The notes: generated from the letters alone by a model not told the origin. Shown: positions 1-10,083, numbered from the stretch's first letter. The stretch is DNA of 64,000 bases from Oceanispirochaeta sp. (GCA_963666275.2 CAXXOA010000002.1:1312001-1376000); one strand, 5' to 3'. Numbers and translations are program-made.

Positions 1-1349
1 TGGATTTCCTGATCTACCGGAACGGTCAGTTCCTTGATCGTGGAAACATAGCGGATGAGACGGCTTAAATGGCTGATCACTTTCTGAATGCCTTCAGTTT
101 GCCCTTCCTCTGCCATAATACTGATGATACTCAGCATATTGAAAAGAAAGTGGGGGTCCATTTGAGACTGGAGAGCCAGCATTCTGGCGTTTACTTCCAG
201 TGTTTTCTCAGCTACGAAAAGATCCAGCTTTTCATCCATTTTCCGGTTCATTTCCGCAAAGGATACTTCCAGAGTATTCAGCTCTGTGATCCCTGTCATA
301 TCAGGAAGTATTGTATCTGGAGGAGTCCTGCTCCATTCCATCTGATCCAGCTTTCTGCTCAAATTCATCAGAGGTTTATTGATGCCGAGACTGAGTTTGT
401 GCGAGATGAGAAAACTCAGAACAGAAATGAGAATTATCAGAGACAGGAGAAGAGCCAGTATTTTTTGAACAGGTTTCAGGTAGTCCTTTTCATTTCTGAT
501 GTTGATCAGGCTCCAGGGGGCCTCTCCGGACATGCCCAGACAGAGGATTTCCTCTCTTCGGGAAAATCTGTTCTCGCTCTTAAAAATCTTAAAGGGAATC
601 ATCTCAGATAGAATATCTGAATAGGCATTGCCATAGGGCTGGATTGACGGGTATATCTGAAGTTTCTGTCTGTTGAAAACCTTGAAATTCTGAGAATTCT
701 TTTCAAGGGAGGAAAACAGGGTCTCCATCTTCTGTTTGATTTCTATATAAGCGATTTTATTTCTGAAATCATCATAAAGGACTTGATAATAGGAGATATA
801 GAGCTGGGAGTTCGTATTGTTTGCCATCTGTTCTGAGAGGGAATCTCTTTCGGGAGGGGACCAGTAGGCTGCCATCCCATTGGTTCTGATATTTTCTATC
901 CGGGAGTGCAGCTGTTCCGGGAGTTTCTGGCTGAGGTTATACTGTCCGGCACAAATCATTTCGAGATCCGGCAGAATAATATTTACCTGTTCAACCTGTT
1001 TCAGAGGGCCGACTGTTTCCAGCAGAACCGCCTGAATGGATCTGGCGCCGTAATAGAGACTTACAGGATCAGACTCCTTTTCTTTTATCTGTTCATAATC
1101 GGTCATCTCCCTCCGGAGGCTGGGAGAGTAGGCAAGATTCAGGGATATGGTCTTTATTTTTCTCAGCTCGTTATCAAGCAGATCAGAGAGTATCCTTGTA
1201 TTTGTGATGAGATTTGTTTCCTCTCTCTGTTTGATGAGTCTGTTTGTCAGAACAAGGATAACAGAGGAGAACAGTACCGTACTGATAATCATAGGTATAA
1301 ATCCGTAAAGGAACAGAGACAGTCTGATACTTATCGGTTTCCGTGCCAT
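1..1349 (-). CDS. YesM/LytS-type membrane sensor histidine kinase (partial, runs off left edge)
   Basis: Not in the ORF track. Manual translation from ATG at 1349 gives MARKPISIRLSLFLYGFIPMIISTVLFSSVILVL (TM helix); near the left edge it reads ARMLALQSQMDPHFLFNMLSII, the His_kinase H-box (LQxQINPHFLFN). Confidence 0.85.
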   Translation of the reverse strand, partial: MARKPISIRLSLFLYGFIPMIISTVLFSSVILVLTNRLIKQREETNLITNTRILSDLLDNELRKIKTISLNLAYSPSLRREMTDYEQIKEKESDPVSLYYGARSIQAVLLETVGPLKQVEQVNIILPDLEMICAGQYNLSQKLPEQLHSRIENIRTNGMAAYWSPPERDSLSEQMANNTNSQLYISYYQVLYDDFRNKIAYIEIKQKMETLFSSLEKNSQNFKVFNRQKLQIYPSIQPYGNAYSDILSEMIPFKIFKSENRFSRREEILCLGMSGEAPWSLINIRNEKDYLKPVQKILALLLSLIILISVLSFLISHKLSLGINKPLMNLSRKLDQMEWSRTPPDTILPDMTGITELNTLEVSFAEMNRKMDEKLDLFVAEKTLEVNARMLALQSQMDPHFLFNMLSIISIMAEEGQTEGIQKVISHLSRLIRYVSTIKELTVPVDQEI

Positions 1350-1498
1350 AACAGTAGTATAAGGGGATAATCCAGTGTTGCAGCAAAAAATTCTTTCCTA
1401 TGTCGGAAATGTCCTAATGATGAGTCGGTTCAATCCATATACGGTTTGAGAATCCGGGATTAATGTGATTCTGTACACTGATATAAAGGAGTGGTTTT

Positions 1499-2497
1499 AT
1501 GAAAAAAGGTTTAATATTTCTATTGACGGCGCTTCTGGCAGTATCGCTTTTTGCTTCGGGAGAACAGGAAAAAGGAGCAAAGGATGATGGAATCGTTATC
1601 GGGTGGAGCAATGCCGGAATGGGAGATTCCTGGAGACAGTTTCTTCAGAGCAATTTTCTTGCGGAAGTGGATTCCCATCCTGAAATTAAGGATTTCTACA
1701 TAACCAATGCGGATGAAAAACCGGAAAAGCAGATAGCTGATATTCATGATCTTATAGCCAAAGGTATAGACGGGCTAATTGTATATCCCACCATGGGAGA
1801 GGTTCTGGGGCCTGCCATTGAAAGTGCCTATAACGAAGGGATTCCTGTTGTCGTTTTTGGCGGAAGTCTGGAAACAGATTCCTATACAAGTCTTGTCACA
1901 CAGGATCTGAAAGAATTCGGAAGATCTCAGGCGGAATGGCTTGCTGGAGAACTGAATGGAAAGGGGAATATCATCATGCTGAGCGGTATTTCCGGAAATA
2001 CAACAGCAGAGGAGAGGCTTGCCGGCGCAAGAGAAGAGTTTGAGAAATATCCGGGAATTACCATTCTGGATCACCATTACTGTGACTGGTCTGCGGCAAA
2101 AACAAAAAATATCATGGAAGCCATGATTTCGGCATTCCCCCAGATCGATGGTATATGGGCCGATTCCGGTTTAATGTCTCTTCCGGCACTTCAGGCTCTG
2201 CAGGAAGCCGGCCGCCCTCTTGTTCCCACAACAGGTGATCAGTTGAATGGCTATGCCAAGTTCCTGGTTGATCATAATATTCCCGGATATGCCTTTCCCA
2301 TGACGACAAAGCTTTCCGCAGAATCCGTAAAAGTACTGCTTGAGGCTATCAAAGGGAATGACGTTGAAAAAATCCATTATATCGACGTCCAGGGCATGGG
2401 ACCGGAGGACATAGAAAAATTTGTAAGACCCGAACTTTCTGACTGGTGGTGGATCGGCGATGACCAGATTCCCGAAGAATTCCTCCCGGAAATCTGA
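1499..2497 (+). CDS. RbsB-like sugar ABC transporter substrate-binding protein
   Basis: Signal peptide ending FASGEQE; periplasmic binding protein type I motifs (KQIADIHDLIAKGIDGLIV, GKGNIIMLSGISGNTTAEERLAG). Confidence 0.85.
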   Translation: MKKGLIFLLTALLAVSLFASGEQEKGAKDDGIVIGWSNAGMGDSWRQFLQSNFLAEVDSHPEIKDFYITNADEKPEKQIADIHDLIAKGIDGLIVYPTMGEVLGPAIESAYNEGIPVVVFGGSLETDSYTSLVTQDLKEFGRSQAEWLAGELNGKGNIIMLSGISGNTTAEERLAGAREEFEKYPGITILDHHYCDWSAAKTKNIMEAMISAFPQIDGIWADSGLMSLPALQALQEAGRPLVPTTGDQLNGYAKFLVDHNIPGYAFPMTTKLSAESVKVLLEAIKGNDVEKIHYIDVQGMGPEDIEKFVRPELSDWWWIGDDQIPEEFLPEI

Positions 2498-2505
2498 TAC
2501 TCAAT

Positions 2506-2534
2506 ATTCCGGCCTGCTCCTTCCGGGCCGGAAT
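2506..2534 (+). terminator. Stem-loop after the binding-protein gene (partial terminator or mRNA stabiliser)
   Basis: ATTCCGGCCT...GGGCCGGAAT inverted repeat; weak U-tract. Confidence 0.45.
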
Positions 2535-2562
2535 CCTTCAATCAATTGTAATGAGGTTAAAG

Positions 2563-3756
2563 ATGGATACTTCAATATTATTTACTCCAATCGCAATTGG
2601 AAACACAAAGGCTTCGAATCGATTTATATATCAGCCCACAGAAACGAATAACTGTGATTCTGCAGGAACTCCTACAGAGGAGACCTTCCGGGTTTACAGG
2701 GAGAGAGCGGAAGGAGGGCCGGGGATCCTGTTTGTTGAATCCATTGATGTCTCTTCTGATTGCCAGGCCCGTTCCAACAGAATGATAATCACAGAAGAAA
2801 ATAAAGAGATATACAGAGAACTTGTGAGTTCTATAAAGTTGGTTAACCCTGAAATATTGGTCATTTTTCAGCTAAGCCATGCCGGACGCCTCAGTGATCC
2901 TGAATTCAGGAAACCCCTTTTTGTTTATGCAAAAAACTCTGAGGAAACCCCCATGTCCTTGGAGGATATCCGCAAGGCATCCGGGGATTTTGTCAAAGCT
3001 GCTCTGCTGATAGATGAAATTGGCGGTGATGGCGTTGATATTAAGCAGGCCCATGGTTTTCTGGCAGGAGACTTCCTGCATCCGGGAAACCTCAGACCCG
3101 ACCAGTACGGCGGCAGTTTTGAGAACAGAACCCGGTTTTTCAGGGAGATCTTTGCTGCTGTTAAAGACAAATGCCGGGATGATTTTATCATTGGAACCAG
3201 AATTTCGCCCTATGAGGGAATCCCCGGGGGATGCGGTACTTCTGGTGCGTCTGATGTCATTGAGGATCTAACAGAAATGAAAAAGCTGGCCCGGTTACTG
3301 GAAGAAATCGGTGTGGACTTTATCAATGTTTCTGCCGGATATGCGGCAGCCAATCTTGAAATTCTGCTTCCCACAGCGACCTATCCGGAAGGGGTTTATC
3401 GTCATTTCACATGGACCAGGCAAATAAAAGAAGAAGTTTCGATACCGGTTATCGGTTCAGGTTACAGCTATACCAGAGACGGAAATAACAGTTTAACCGG
3501 TAATGATTCCGATAAAAAGAGCCTGCTCGGTTTCGCTGTTCAGAATCTAAAACAGAAATCTGTAGATCTGGTTGGTATCGGCCGCCAGGTTTTTGCAGAC
3601 CCCCGTTTTGTCAATAAAGTAAAAAATGGCCAATTGGACAGTATTCACTGGTGTACTACATGCAGCGGTTGCGGAATCCTCCTGGGGAATAATAAAAAGA
3701 TCGGATGTACTGTCTATGATAATACTTTTACGGAGATTCTGAAGAGTGTCGAATAA
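2563..3756 (+). CDS. NADH:flavin oxidoreductase (old yellow enzyme family)
   Basis: LFTPIAIG..NRF, QLSHAGR, DGVDIKQAHGFL, RPDQYGGSFENRTRF, DLVGIGRQVFADP and a C-terminal CxxCxxC...C. Start placed at the ATG after GAGG. Confidence 0.9.
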   Translation: MDTSILFTPIAIGNTKASNRFIYQPTETNNCDSAGTPTEETFRVYRERAEGGPGILFVESIDVSSDCQARSNRMIITEENKEIYRELVSSIKLVNPEILVIFQLSHAGRLSDPEFRKPLFVYAKNSEETPMSLEDIRKASGDFVKAALLIDEIGGDGVDIKQAHGFLAGDFLHPGNLRPDQYGGSFENRTRFFREIFAAVKDKCRDDFIIGTRISPYEGIPGGCGTSGASDVIEDLTEMKKLARLLEEIGVDFINVSAGYAAANLEILLPTATYPEGVYRHFTWTRQIKEEVSIPVIGSGYSYTRDGNNSLTGNDSDKKSLLGFAVQNLKQKSVDLVGIGRQVFADPRFVNKVKNGQLDSIHWCTTCSGCGILLGNNKKIGCTVYDNTFTEILKSVE

Positions 3757-4264
3757 ACGGCTGAATATCCTGGTCCTTTATGACTCCAATACAGGGAATA
3801 CCGGGAAAATGGCTGAACTGGTAGCAGAGGGGGCATCTGAATGCGCTTCTGTGCGTGTAAGGCTGTTGACCGTATCAGAAGCCCTGCCGGAAGATCTGAT
3901 ATGGTGCGATGGCATTGCCCTGGGGTCTCCCACGAATTATGGTACTGTCTCCTGGAAGCTGAAGAAGTGGTGGGATGATCTTCCGAAAGATTTATGGAGT
4001 ACCATAAACGGGAAAATGGGATGCGCATTCAGCTCCGCAGGTGGCTGGGGCGGAGGGAATGAACTGACCTGTTTAACCCTCCTGACCATCCTTATGAATT
4101 ATGGTTTTTCCGTTTTCGGTGTTACCGAATATGTCACGGACCGTTTGACTCTCCACTATGGTGCCATTTCAGCAGGCAGGCCTGAACAGCCTGAAAATCA
4201 GGCGGCTTGCAGAAAACTGGGGCAGGAGCTTGTTGGCAGGATGAGGACTCTGACGCCGACTTGA
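3746..4264 (+). CDS. Flavodoxin / WrbA-like NAD(P)H:quinone oxidoreductase
   Basis: YDSNTGNTGKMA FMN-binding loop, GSPTNYG, AFSSAGGWGGG. Confidence 0.85.
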   Translation: MSNKRLNILVLYDSNTGNTGKMAELVAEGASECASVRVRLLTVSEALPEDLIWCDGIALGSPTNYGTVSWKLKKWWDDLPKDLWSTINGKMGCAFSSAGGWGGGNELTCLTLLTILMNYGFSVFGVTEYVTDRLTLHYGAISAGRPEQPENQAACRKLGQELVGRMRTLTPT

Positions 4265-4402
4265 GTGATGGTTTCAGGCTCGGATGAATCATTTTGAACT
4301 CTTCCGGATCCGCATGAAATCATACTATTCCAGGCACTTCCTGGGCATAGTATGATCTCTTAGATCCTGCTTTATTTCTTCAGGATTTTCTGTTCCAGCT
4401 CG

Positions 4403-4843
4403 TCACATAGCAGGTGTTCTGAGAATAGCCGATATGGAATCTTCCTGTTTCATCTTTATGTATTGAATCCAGGATATTGCACTTTCCATATGGGGCATGA
4501 AATCAAAAGTCAGGCCGGCTTTCCTGAATATCTTTGATACAACAAATCTTTCAGGGATCTGCAGCTTTGAGACAAAGATGACTCTCTGACACCCCAGTTC
4601 TTTCAGTAACTTGAGGTAGTTGACAGAGAGATGGGTGGATTCCTCCGGACCTCTGAAATCCCATTTGAAATTTTCAATGAGATACCATTTTCTGATATCG
4701 GATTCCTTTATTTGTTCAATAAGAGCCTGAAAAGCTGCACAGCGCATCTCACTGGTAAAAATCCCGGAGGGAGAGTTTATCAGAATATCATCAAGAAGTT
4801 GGAACTCTCTGTATATTTCATGGGGAAGATACTCTTTTATCAT
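4403..4843 (-). CDS. Hypothetical protein, possibly SpoIIAA-like (STAS/SEC14) fold
   Basis: 146-aa ORF; the C-terminal F..MESAISWI resembles the end motif of SpoIIAA-like proteins. Confidence 0.45.
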   Translation of the reverse strand: MIKEYLPHEIYREFQLLDDILINSPSGIFTSEMRCAAFQALIEQIKESDIRKWYLIENFKWDFRGPEESTHLSVNYLKLLKELGCQRVIFVSKLQIPERFVVSKIFRKAGLTFDFMPHMESAISWIQYIKMKQEDSISAILRTPAM

Positions 4844-4933
4844 GGGAAAACCTTAACACAGAGTGGTAAAAAGGCAAGTTTTATTTTGACATTTTCATGG
4901 CCTTATTATCTCTTGACATTTTTTATTATAGAT

Positions 4934-4958
4934 ATTATAGATAATGAATATCTATAAT
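4934..4958. promoter_or_regulatory. Palindromic operator, probably for the Rrf2 regulator
   Basis: Perfect ATTATAGATA-N5-TATCTATAAT just downstream of TTGACA (4913-4918) and upstream of the RBS of 4977. Confidence 0.6.
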
Positions 4959-4976
4959 AGATTTTAAGGAGAGAAT

Positions 4977-5348
4977 ATGTTTGATAGTAGATTTATGGAT
5001 GTCGTAGCCAGAGAAGGAGTGGTTTCCATCGTATCCTGTGCCGACAATGAGGCTCATGTTGCTAATACCTGGAATTCCTACCTGTCTTTCACAGACGATC
5101 AGAAAATCCTGATTCCCGTGTACGGTATGGTAAAGACAAGAAAAAAAACGGAAAAAAACAGCAGACTTCTGCTTACTCTCGGCACAAAAGAAATTGAGGG
5201 GAAAATGGGACCGGGAACGGGATATCTGATTGAAGGAACGGGTGAATTCCTGAGAGAGGGGACAGCGTTTGATAAGGTAAAGGAGCAGTTTTCCTGGGCC
5301 AACAGGGTTCTTGTTGTTTCACCTCAATCTGTAAAACAGACGATTTAA
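4977..5348 (+). CDS. FMN-binding protein, pyridoxamine 5'-phosphate oxidase-like
   Basis: EGVVSIVS...HVANTWNSYL...GPGTGYLIEGTG, typical of Desulfovibrio-type FMN-binding split-barrel proteins. Confidence 0.8.
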   Translation: MFDSRFMDVVAREGVVSIVSCADNEAHVANTWNSYLSFTDDQKILIPVYGMVKTRKKTEKNSRLLLTLGTKEIEGKMGPGTGYLIEGTGEFLREGTAFDKVKEQFSWANRVLVVSPQSVKQTI

Positions 5349-5459
5349 GTCCAGGCTCCATATACAGGGAGTGACGGTTTTTTGTATAGTGGTTAAACTC
5401 ATTCTATACTTTAAACGTCATTCCCTTTTTCCTGCAGGGAATACCTTCTGGAGAGTTAT

Positions 5460-5948
5460 ATGCAGTTCAGTATCGGGGTTGAATATGCCTTTCATTCCCT
5501 TTTTTATATGGTGGAGATGCCTGAAGGAAAAACCATTGGCATTAAACAGATTGCAGAACTGAATAATATCAAAGAAAGCTATCTGTCTAAAATTTTTACA
5601 AAATTACGAAAAGGCGGCATTGTACGATCGATCCCCGGTGTCAATGGGGGGTACGAGTTAGCCCGTCCCGCAGATGAGATCAGTTTCTGGGATATTTTCG
5701 AAGCAATTGAAGGTTCAAGTCATTTTTTTCAGTGCGCAGAGATTCGAAAAAATAATATATTTGTTGATGATCCATCTGTTTTTACCCATGATTGTCCCTG
5801 TCTGATAAAAGTAGTCATACATGAAGGAGAGCAGCTCTTCAGAGAGCATCTGCAGTCCAGGTCTCTGAAATGGTTATACAATCAGGCTTCCGGGGATTTC
5901 TCAGATAAAAGGAAAAATGCCTTTAAAGGGTGGATCGAGTCTCTTTAA
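5460..5948 (+). CDS. Rrf2 family transcriptional regulator
   Basis: GVEYAFHSL, SYLSKIFTKL, SIPGVNGGYELARP..ISFWDIFEAIEG, FQCAEIR. Confidence 0.92.
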   Translation: MQFSIGVEYAFHSLFYMVEMPEGKTIGIKQIAELNNIKESYLSKIFTKLRKGGIVRSIPGVNGGYELARPADEISFWDIFEAIEGSSHFFQCAEIRKNNIFVDDPSVFTHDCPCLIKVVIHEGEQLFREHLQSRSLKWLYNQASGDFSDKRKNAFKGWIESL

Positions 5949-5980
5949 TAATTTTCCCATTTACCGATTCCCCAATTTCC

Positions 5981-5999
5981 ATTCACATTCCTTTTACAT
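5981..5999 (+). promoter_or_regulatory. Putative OmpR-family response regulator box (copy 1)
   Basis: ATTCACATTCCTTTTACAT: TTCACA/TTTACA half-sites 11 bp apart; recurs at 9967 and 12248. Confidence 0.6.
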
Positions 6000-6049
6000 C
6001 CTGATTCAACAATTCGCTCATACACCAAAATAAATGAGGAGTTGTTGTC

Positions 6050-7072
6050 ATGAAACGTAAATCTATGAAAAAAGCCAGGCTGATCCGCTGGACCGTCCTG
6101 GCTGTCAGTACTGCCTTTTTTCTCTTTTTGGCCCGAATTATATCGGTACACGCCATCTGTCCCATCGGGGGATTTGAAATGTTTTTCAGCGGACTGTTCC
6201 GGTCAGGATTCTCCCTGGCAGGACTTTTTTCTGCCATGGTTGTAATTTTTCTGGCCATGTCTGTCCTTTCTGTCATTTTCAGACGGGCCTATTGCGGTTA
6301 TATCTGTCCCCTGGGGGCCTTACAGGAACTTTCCATGATGGCGGGGAAAAAGGTTCTTCCTGCTGGAATCAGAAACTGGAAAATCCCTGCAAAAATCGAC
6401 AGTACTCTGAAGTATGTGAAATATGCGGTTCTGGCTTCTTTTGTGGCTGGCGCGGCTATCGGCGCCGGACACTGGATGATCGCGGGAGATCCTTTCATTG
6501 TCCTTATAGGTTTATTCAGCGGCGGGAACCTGACTGATGCGTTCTCAAGAAATCCATCGGCCTTCCTTTTTCTTATAGGGATTCTTGTTTTTGCCTTTTT
6601 TCTGGGAAAGGGTTTTTGCAAATACCTGTGTCCCGCAGGAGCCTGGTACGCTCTCCTTTCTAAAATCAGTCCTAACAAGATCAAAAGAGATACTCACAAC
6701 TGTATTAATTGCGGCCTTTGTTCCAAAGCTTGTTCTATGGATATTGATGTGGCAAAATTAGAGACGGTAGATTCGGCAGAGTGTATCGGATGTCACGAAT
6801 GCGTTAATGCCTGCCCCGTCAATGGCGCCCTTTCCGCTCCCCTGGGGAAGGTGGATGTTAAATCTGCGGTTATTCCCTTTGCAGCCGCTGCGGTATTTTC
6901 TGGCAGTCTGCTTTTTGCTTCTGCCTCACAGCCCCAGGGAGAGCATTCTCACGGGGGAGGTGAAAAACATTTCAGCGCTGACCCGGAAGAAAGCGGCAGC
7001 GTAGACACTGTGTCTTTTGGAATCGGCGGATGCCCGGGCTGTACCGGTTGCGGACTCTGCACTGCGGTCTGA
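6050..7072 (+). CDS. Membrane 4Fe-4S binding protein (NapH/MauN-like polyferredoxin)
   Basis: YCGYICPLG and FCKYLCPAG motifs, two CxxCxxCxxxC ferredoxin motifs, several TM helices. Confidence 0.88.
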   Translation: MKRKSMKKARLIRWTVLAVSTAFFLFLARIISVHAICPIGGFEMFFSGLFRSGFSLAGLFSAMVVIFLAMSVLSVIFRRAYCGYICPLGALQELSMMAGKKVLPAGIRNWKIPAKIDSTLKYVKYAVLASFVAGAAIGAGHWMIAGDPFIVLIGLFSGGNLTDAFSRNPSAFLFLIGILVFAFFLGKGFCKYLCPAGAWYALLSKISPNKIKRDTHNCINCGLCSKACSMDIDVAKLETVDSAECIGCHECVNACPVNGALSAPLGKVDVKSAVIPFAAAAVFSGSLLFASASQPQGEHSHGGGEKHFSADPEESGSVDTVSFGIGGCPGCTGCGLCTAV

Positions 7073-7094
7073 TCATTTAAAAAAGTGAGGTTTT

Positions 7095-7781
7095 ATGGAG
7101 AAAATCCTTATTGTGGAAGATGAGCAGGAGATCAATGATGTGGTCAATGACTATCTGTCTTCCCTGGGGTATGAGACTTATCAGTGCTTCAATGGAAAAG
7201 AAGCCTTGAAAGCTTTTGATGAGAGAGATTTCGATCTTGTGATTCTGGACCTGATGATGCCCGGTATTGATGGTATTGAAACGGCCCGTCGGATACGTCA
7301 GGACAGTCTGGTCCCCATACTGATGCTTACCGCAAGAGATTCAGAAGCCGATAAAGTTTTAGGACTGGAAATCGGAGCGGATGCCTATATGACTAAGCCT
7401 TTCAGTATCCGGGAACTGGGCGCCCAGGTGAGATCAATTCTGCGGAGATGGGCTGCCGGAAAAGAAGTCCCTGATGATCAGTCTCCCCTTTCTCACCGGG
7501 GAGTGGAGCTGGATCTGCTGAGGAGAATTGTGATAAAAAACGGAGCTCCTGTCAAAATGACAACAGCCCAGTTCGACCTTCTGACCATACTTCTGAAAAA
7601 TCCCGGCAGGGTCTATACCAGGGGCGAGCTCATTGAAGCATTGAGCGGGTATCAGTACGAAGGGTATGAAAGGACCATCGATGTGCAGATCAAAAATCTG
7701 AGAAAGGCTCTGGAAGACGACCCCAGCCATCCAAGTTTAATCGAGACTATCTGGGGAGTGGGGTATAAGGTCGCCGAATGA
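7095..7781 (+). CDS. OmpR-family response regulator
   Basis: Receiver domain (ILIVEDE, LDLMMP, GADAYMTKPF) plus winged helix (RTIDVQIKNLRK, IETIWGVGYK). Confidence 0.95.
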   Translation: MEKILIVEDEQEINDVVNDYLSSLGYETYQCFNGKEALKAFDERDFDLVILDLMMPGIDGIETARRIRQDSLVPILMLTARDSEADKVLGLEIGADAYMTKPFSIRELGAQVRSILRRWAAGKEVPDDQSPLSHRGVELDLLRRIVIKNGAPVKMTTAQFDLLTILLKNPGRVYTRGELIEALSGYQYEGYERTIDVQIKNLRKALEDDPSHPSLIETIWGVGYKVAE

Positions 7782-9214
7782 TTTTCAATTATAGAAAAAA
7801 CGGCATCAGAATGGAGTTGATAGCCGGGTTTGCAGCAGTCATTTTTATCAGCAGCCTCATTACCTACTTTATTATTCTGCTCTGGAGCCGCAGCAGTTTC
7901 GATGATCTTGTGAAAGCCAATGATGTGGAAACCGCCGCTCTCTATGCCGAATCCCTGGGGGGATTCTATGAAAATGAACAATCCTGGGAAAATGTGGGTG
8001 ATGCATTAGGAAACATTCATATCAGAGATGATGAACTCTTCAAAGAGCCTGACCGCTATGATGATCACAGGCATCCCCGGGAAGGGGAAGTCCCCATTGT
8101 CATTTTGGATTCCCGGGGAGAGGTCGTTTACAGCGGTATCTCCTTTAAGAACCCTTCGGAAACAGTCGATTCCCTCTCTTTGAAACCCGCCAAGGGCGAG
8201 AAGATCATGGCAGATGGAAAAGTCGTAGGATCGGTCTTTTTCAAGTCCATGCTCTTCCGGAGTTACAATCCCCAGGAACGGGTGTTTCTTCTCTCCCTGG
8301 CAAAATCTCTGGGGCTTTCCGTTTCCATCGGATTGATTCTCTCCCTTTTTCTGGGAAGTCTTCTGGCCGCCAGGTTCACCAGACCCATCATCCTGCTGGA
8401 AAACGCTGTAAGGAAAATCTCCCGGGGAGAAAAAGATCCCAGAGTTGTAATTAACCGGAAGGATGAGATCGGCAGCCTGGCAGTGAGTTTCAATCGTATG
8501 ACCGAACAGCTGCGCATTACGGAAGAGGCCCGTCAGAATCTGCTGGCAGATATTGCCCATGAGCTGAGGACTCCCGTCAGTATTCTGCAGGCCAATCTGG
8601 AAATGATTCAGGAGGGAGTCTACAGAGCGGATGATGAGAAGCTGAAAAGTCTGTACAAGGAAACCGTCCTCATGTCCAGCCTGATTAAGGATCTCCGTTC
8701 CCTGAGTGATCTGGAAGTGGGTATCGCCGCGATGAAATGCGAACCTTTCGAGCTGACAAATTTCATAAGGGAAACCTGCGGGAAATATTTACCTCTTTTT
8801 GAGGAAAAGCATGTCAGTCTGACTCTTTCCATGGGAAACTCTCTGACCGTTTCAGCAGATGAAGATAAAATCCGGCAGGTGCTGGGAAACCTTCTGGGCA
8901 ATGCTTTGAAATACGCCCCCGAAAACAGCGAAGTGAGAGTCTCAACCCGGGAATTCAAAGATGATTCGGGTGAGGATTTTGTTCGGATCACCGTGGAGGA
9001 TCACGGCTCCGGGATACCGGAGGAGAGCCGGGAAAAGATCTTCGAAAGGTTTTACAGGGTTGATCAGTCCAGAAGCCGCCATTCCGGAGGAAGAGGCCTG
9101 GGGCTGGCCATCAGCCGGAAAATTATTGAAATTTCCCGGGGATCTATGGGAGCGGAAAACAGAGAGCCTCATGGCCTCAAAGTCTGGTTTACACTGCCTG
9201 TCAACAGGCCGTAG
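7778..9214 (+). CDS. BaeS-like HAMP sensor histidine kinase
   Basis: Two TM helices, HAMP (DEIGSLAVSFNRM), H-box ADIAHELRTP, N-box NLLGNALKY, G boxes DHGSGI / GRGLGLAI. Confidence 0.95.
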   Translation: MIFNYRKNGIRMELIAGFAAVIFISSLITYFIILLWSRSSFDDLVKANDVETAALYAESLGGFYENEQSWENVGDALGNIHIRDDELFKEPDRYDDHRHPREGEVPIVILDSRGEVVYSGISFKNPSETVDSLSLKPAKGEKIMADGKVVGSVFFKSMLFRSYNPQERVFLLSLAKSLGLSVSIGLILSLFLGSLLAARFTRPIILLENAVRKISRGEKDPRVVINRKDEIGSLAVSFNRMTEQLRITEEARQNLLADIAHELRTPVSILQANLEMIQEGVYRADDEKLKSLYKETVLMSSLIKDLRSLSDLEVGIAAMKCEPFELTNFIRETCGKYLPLFEEKHVSLTLSMGNSLTVSADEDKIRQVLGNLLGNALKYAPENSEVRVSTREFKDDSGEDFVRITVEDHGSGIPEESREKIFERFYRVDQSRSRHSGGRGLGLAISRKIIEISRGSMGAENREPHGLKVWFTLPVNRP

Positions 9215-9304
9215 ATCTCAATGAAAGAGATGGTCCGGTAATCTTGTAATTTTGTGACATCAGGACTAATTTCTAAGACTAATTTGTTTCTGAAGGAGTG
9301 AAGA

Positions 9305-9841
9305 ATGCATAAAGAAATAGACCCCTATGATTATATGAATACCATATTGCAGGGAATCAGAAAGGGCGTTTTACTGACTACAAAAAAAGATGACATCGTC
9401 AATACCATGACTATCTCCTGGGGACAGATCGGAATTGAGTGGAACAAACTGATTTTTACATCCTATGTAAGGACCGGGCGTTTTACCCATGAACAGCTGA
9501 AGAGCGGAGAGTTTTCTATTAATATTCCCATAGACCGGGAAGGGGCAGGGAAAATCCTGGGATATGCCGGAACCGTAAGCGGAAGAAATACAGATAAAAT
9601 CAAAGATCTGGGGCTGACCCTCATAGAAGGGAAAAATATTTCTGTTCCCGGAATCAGAGAGTGTCCGCTGACCCTGGAATGCCGTGTTCTCTATAAGCAG
9701 CTCCAGGACTCGTCTGCTATTCCGGAAAAATTCCTGGAATCCATGTATCCTCAGGATGTGGATTCGGGTTTCCATGGCGCCAACAGAGACTTTCATACCA
9801 TGTTCTATGGGGAAATCGTCTCCTCCTATATTCTCGAATAG
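9305..9841 (+). CDS. Flavin reductase-like protein
   Basis: NTMTISWG, GTVSGRNTDK, LTLECRV, HTMFYGEIV. Confidence 0.85.
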   Translation: MHKEIDPYDYMNTILQGIRKGVLLTTKKDDIVNTMTISWGQIGIEWNKLIFTSYVRTGRFTHEQLKSGEFSINIPIDREGAGKILGYAGTVSGRNTDKIKDLGLTLIEGKNISVPGIRECPLTLECRVLYKQLQDSSAIPEKFLESMYPQDVDSGFHGANRDFHTMFYGEIVSSYILE

Positions 9842-9966
9842 GAAAGAAATTTCCCTGGGCAGTCACAACAGGTGAAACAGGTCAGGAATCAGTTTGAATA
9901 AAGAACAAGCGTTGTTTATTGACTTTGCCGTGAGAACTCTGTCCGGATATCTGAAAAATATCTTTT

Positions 9967-9985
9967 ATTCATATTCCTTTTACAT
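9967..9985 (+). promoter_or_regulatory. Putative response regulator box (copy 2)
   Basis: ATTCATATTCCTTTTACAT, 18/19 identical to 5981-5999. Confidence 0.6.
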
Positions 9986-10083
9986 TTTTTGAAGAACCTG
10001 TACCCATCACTTACTGGAATCGTATCTGCAAAAGTTGATTTCAATAGTGATAAATACATTTTTTTAATATATGAGAGGACAAA

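Noticed and set aside
69..1370. Plus-strand ORFs 69-611 and 906-1370
   Set aside because: Antisense to the histidine kinase reading frame.
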